DNA of 53,849 nucleotides, filler included, from Jimgerdemannia flammicorona (Eukaryota): NCBI GenBank assembly GCA_003990765.1. It is 3 parts of 3 records of this genome, joined end to end, with 100 filler letters (N's around TTAATTAATTAA, not from the genome) between each part and the next. Parts side by side here need not be neighbours in the genome. Positions count along the whole stretch, not along the records: positions 35,971 to 53,849 come from RBNJ01002376.1; 2 more parts are not named here. One strand, 5' to 3'. Shown piece by piece: positions 50,400 to 53,849 of this stretch (position 1 is its first letter; each line of letters starts with the position of its first letter). The notes under the pieces were generated by a model. It saw only the letters and a program-made list of their open reading frames with translations, ran no database searches and was not told where the DNA came from. The position numbers and the translations under genes were made by a program.

Positions 50400-50936
50400 T
50401 CTGACGTTTAAATGGAAGAAATCATATGGTACTGATTAACTAGTCTTAGTTTGATTGCCACAAAAAAAAAAATTCCCACGAGTGCATTGATCACTGTGAT
50501 TGACCCGAAAAATCTCAGGGTCCCGCAGTTCTTCTTAATACCAAAAATCGCTGGCTGGCTCTTATACCATAATCAGCTGGTTCTTGTCCGCTTGATGAGT
50601 TCAATAAGTTGAGATGGATACGTTATAATTATGTTATTCACACGGCTAATGGGGATCGCTTTTCATTTTTGTGGCTGACAGTAAATCTGGCCAACATCCG
50701 AATACTGGGGTTTCTGCGTAACTTCCATTCGGATCCGCGGTTGATGATCATATGTATTGACGCCAGTCCTTATCGTATGTCGGCGCTAACGGCATGGGAA
50801 AGCCCAAATCTTTTGTGCGACCTATTCCATGTTCTAGGTATTCGGCAATGTGGCAGAACGGGAAGTCTGTAACTCACTGGGAAACGTTTCTAATTCACAA
50901 TATCAAATTACCGACAGTGGCTTTAAATAATAATAA

Positions 50937-52538
50937 ATGACCAGTAAGTTGGTTTTATTACAACCGAAATAGTGGCCTTTCCAATGCTAACAAATACAGT
51001 ATTCTTCTCCAGCTCGATACGTACTCGCTATCGGAGACACTGGAAATGGCAAATCCTACACGGCACGGATCTTCGGGGCGCAGGAAGCGGTCGTCGGTCA
51101 TGGTCCTGCCTCACAAACTCAAGAGGTGAAATGTCACAAGTGCGAAAATGGTCGATACATCTACATCGACACTACGGGATTCGATGACTCCGACCCAACT
51201 AGCACCGACCAGAATAACGCACGCGCCATCCTTATGTCCATGAAGGACAACACACCGCCAATAACCGAGGTTCACACCATCCTCTGGTTTGTCAATGGCA
51301 AAGATCGTACAACCGCTGCACTTCAGCGACAGGCAGGGTTTATTCGCGACCTCGCCCGATATAATGCGGGTGACGTATGGAGAAATGTCATCATTGTCAT
51401 AAAAGGGTTGGAAGTGGACGATCAGACAGTAACGGCCATTATGGAGGCAGCCAGTCGCACACCTCAAACGACCTCAACGAACACTGTCCTGCCTCAAACG
51501 GGCGTATTGAAAGTGTGGCTATTTGATCGACTCGGTGAAGGCTCGCCTCTTCGACGGCTACCTGACGACACACTCAACGAGGCCGGCATTTACAAGGCGC
51601 ACCAGCTGCTCCCCAAGTATGAGAAACTTATGCAAACGCACGGCCAATACCCAATCACAATCCTCTTTCACAATGCTACATGCCTCAAGTGTGGCGAAGT
51701 CACCGATCCTCGTCTAGCAAGCCCCAAATGTCACGCCGACCTCGCAAAGATGCACATGCCAGATTACAAGTACATCCATTCGCAGGCCCTGGTTAGAACT
51801 CACGCAAAAAATGCAGCGATTTCGAGCTATCATCCACAGAGTTGGCATAATCGCCATCCATCGTCCACCCGTGTCCACATCGAAGTCTCCAGCTCGTACC
51901 ACCCTGGTCACACGATACGGTACCATACCCGCGGCAGTAACTCCGCGCACAAAGGAACGTTCAAACGAACTTACCACAAAGGTAGCAGGAGATACCGCCA
52001 AGATGGCGACTCTTACTACGATTGTTGCTTCAAAGACCAATACTGTGCTGGTAGATGGGACTGTTGCTACAACGCGAATCAATATTCGACGGGATGCGTC
52101 TATGCCTGCTGTAAGTCGAACGACAGCGGATGCGAGTACCGTTACTCCTGCTGTGGTTACAAGACGCCTTGCAAGCAGAAGTATAACTGTTGCGGTTCGG
52201 ACATCAGGTCCTCTGGCTGCGTTTACTCCTGTTGCTACAAAAATGATGGCGGCTGCGCGATAGAGTATTACTGCTGCAAGGGGACCACGCCGTGTCAGCG
52301 GAAATACAGCTGCTGTGGCAAGGACGTGCGGGAGAGCGGTGGATGTAGGGAGGTATACAACTGTTGTAAGGGCGACCCCGGCGTCAGAGGTTGTATCATT
52401 CTCCATGCTTGCGGATGTTCTGTGGGGGCACTTGGGTGTAGACAAGTATGCAAGGCTTGCAAAATGCCTTGGGGAACCTCACAATATCCCGGCTGCACAA
52501 CGATTTCGAAACATGACTACGGGTCGTTGGCTCGATGA
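50937..52538 (+). CDS. AIG1/GIMAP-like GTPase with His/Cys-rich tail, paralog 2
   Basis: ATG ACC A|GTAAGT, intron 50944-51012, then TRYVLAIGDTGNGKS in frame with ORF 51126-52538. G3 is DTTG. Clearly homologous to paralog 1. Confidence 0.87.
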
Positions 52539-52672
52539 GATTCGTCTTGATGTCATTTGTCATCTTTATTATTCTGCTTAGATGAATGTGTATATGTATA
52601 TTATGATAAACTGTATAGTTGAAAATGATTTGATAAAGATTATCCATTGGTTTATCAGTAATAGTAATGAGT

Positions 52673-53849
52673 TCCCCTTTCTCTGTTACCTTACCGGTTA
52701 CAATGGTTTGGTAGGCAACCTTCTGAGTCCACTTTCTACAATTATTACCCCCTTTATCTTGGGTTGGTTTGCTGTACCTGTTGCAGGGCAGTGGGGGGGA
52801 GGCAATGGTGATGAGTTGCCTCTTTATCAGTATCAGATTGGTGTCTTCTCCACTTTTTCATGGTTTCTGGTGCCTTTGGCTGCATCTGGAGTGCATTCAT
52901 TTTGGTACAGCACCTTCTTCCTTTTGTTGTCACCAACAAGATGCTGTCTTGGTGTGTCTCAGGCTACATAGGGAGTCAGCTGACCTTGAGCACCAAGTGC
53001 TCAGTATAGATTATCTGTAGGTCCTCAGTGCCTATAGTGGGGCCTTCTGGCTTTGGTGAGCTTCCTGGCAAGCATGGTTCTGGCATAAGTGACTGCTTTT
53101 CAAGTGTTGTCAGGATGGGAGGGGAGATGGCCATCACAGATAGGAGGAAGGGCAATAATGGTGAACCAGTAGGATGCCAGGCTGGGAGTGGTCATCAGGG
53201 CTAGAGTAGGTGCTGCTTTGGTGGGGTCTTTTGATTGGTACAGTATGGTTAGGTGATAAGTATCACTCTCAGCTTCTTTTGACAGTTCAACAGATTGGGC
53301 CCCAGTTATCAGAGGAGATCAGGGGGCCTGAGGCTACCTATTTTAGGCATCTTGGCTGCACTCAACTAGAACCAGGAGCTGATATGGCAATGTGATCAAG
53401 GCCCATAGGCTTGAGTAGTGGGGTATTAGAGGTCTCCTCTCACCTCATGTGTAAGTCCTTTACTCACCTTAACTGGGAGAACTAGGCCCTACCCACTGTG
53501 TTGTGCTTTGATGAGGGTTTTTCTTTGCCTGTCATTCTCTTTAGGGTGGCAGGGGCTATTCTATTTGACTTAGGTGTGGCCTTGTACATATATTGGGTTC
53601 TTGGGCATGCACTTTCAGTTGTTGGCATATGGCTGGGTTTTCCCTGGTGATAGGGAGAACATAGTGCACAGAATGAGGTGTGGGCCAATATAGGCCTTGC
53701 TATGCCTAGTATGGTCAAGCTGCTGGACAATAGCTAGTCTAGGTTAATAGGGGGGCAGTGCTTGATGAGTGGTGGGGGAGGGTTTTGGCCTATATAGTCT
53801 AGGTTTCCTTTCAATAAAAATCTGCAGAACATTAAGTTTGTTAAAAAAA
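52673..53849 (+). mobile_element. Retroposon copy 4
   Basis: Colinear with copy 1. AATAAA at 53813; A-run begins at the window end. Confidence 0.88.

Noticed and set aside
1..53849. tRNA/rRNA genes, CRISPR arrays, prokaryotic operons
   Set aside because: None seen; the only tRNA-related sequences are the primer-binding sites.

Overview
Eukaryotic, intron-containing DNA, most likely from an early-diverging fungus such as a Mucoromycota member (inferred from the Crinkler gene, chromoviruses and short GT-AG introns). It consists of three contigs joined by artificial N-TTAATTAATTAA-N spacers (17890-17989, 35871-35970). About 60% is nested, C->T/G->A-decayed transposons: an intron-containing hAT, an hAT-type MITE with an 8-bp TSD, at least three Ty3/Gypsy families (two carry a dUTPase), and four copies of a ~1.2-kb poly(A)-tailed retroposon. 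Host genes are a TTC3/DZIP3-domain TPR-like protein, a multi-exon Crinkler locus with two alternative C-termini, and a head-to-head pair of AIG1/GIMAP-like GTPases with His/Cys-rich tails. Main leads: (1) the GTPase tails have matching numbers of spaced His residues and Cys3 units (about 13/13 and 11/11), suggesting a nested zinc-ladder stalk with a variable tip; (2) one LTR family carries interchangeable, unrelated cargo ORFs inside the LTR U3; (3) the Crinkler locus appears to have swapped its effector domain through a new terminal exon. All homology calls come from reading motifs by eye; no searches were run.
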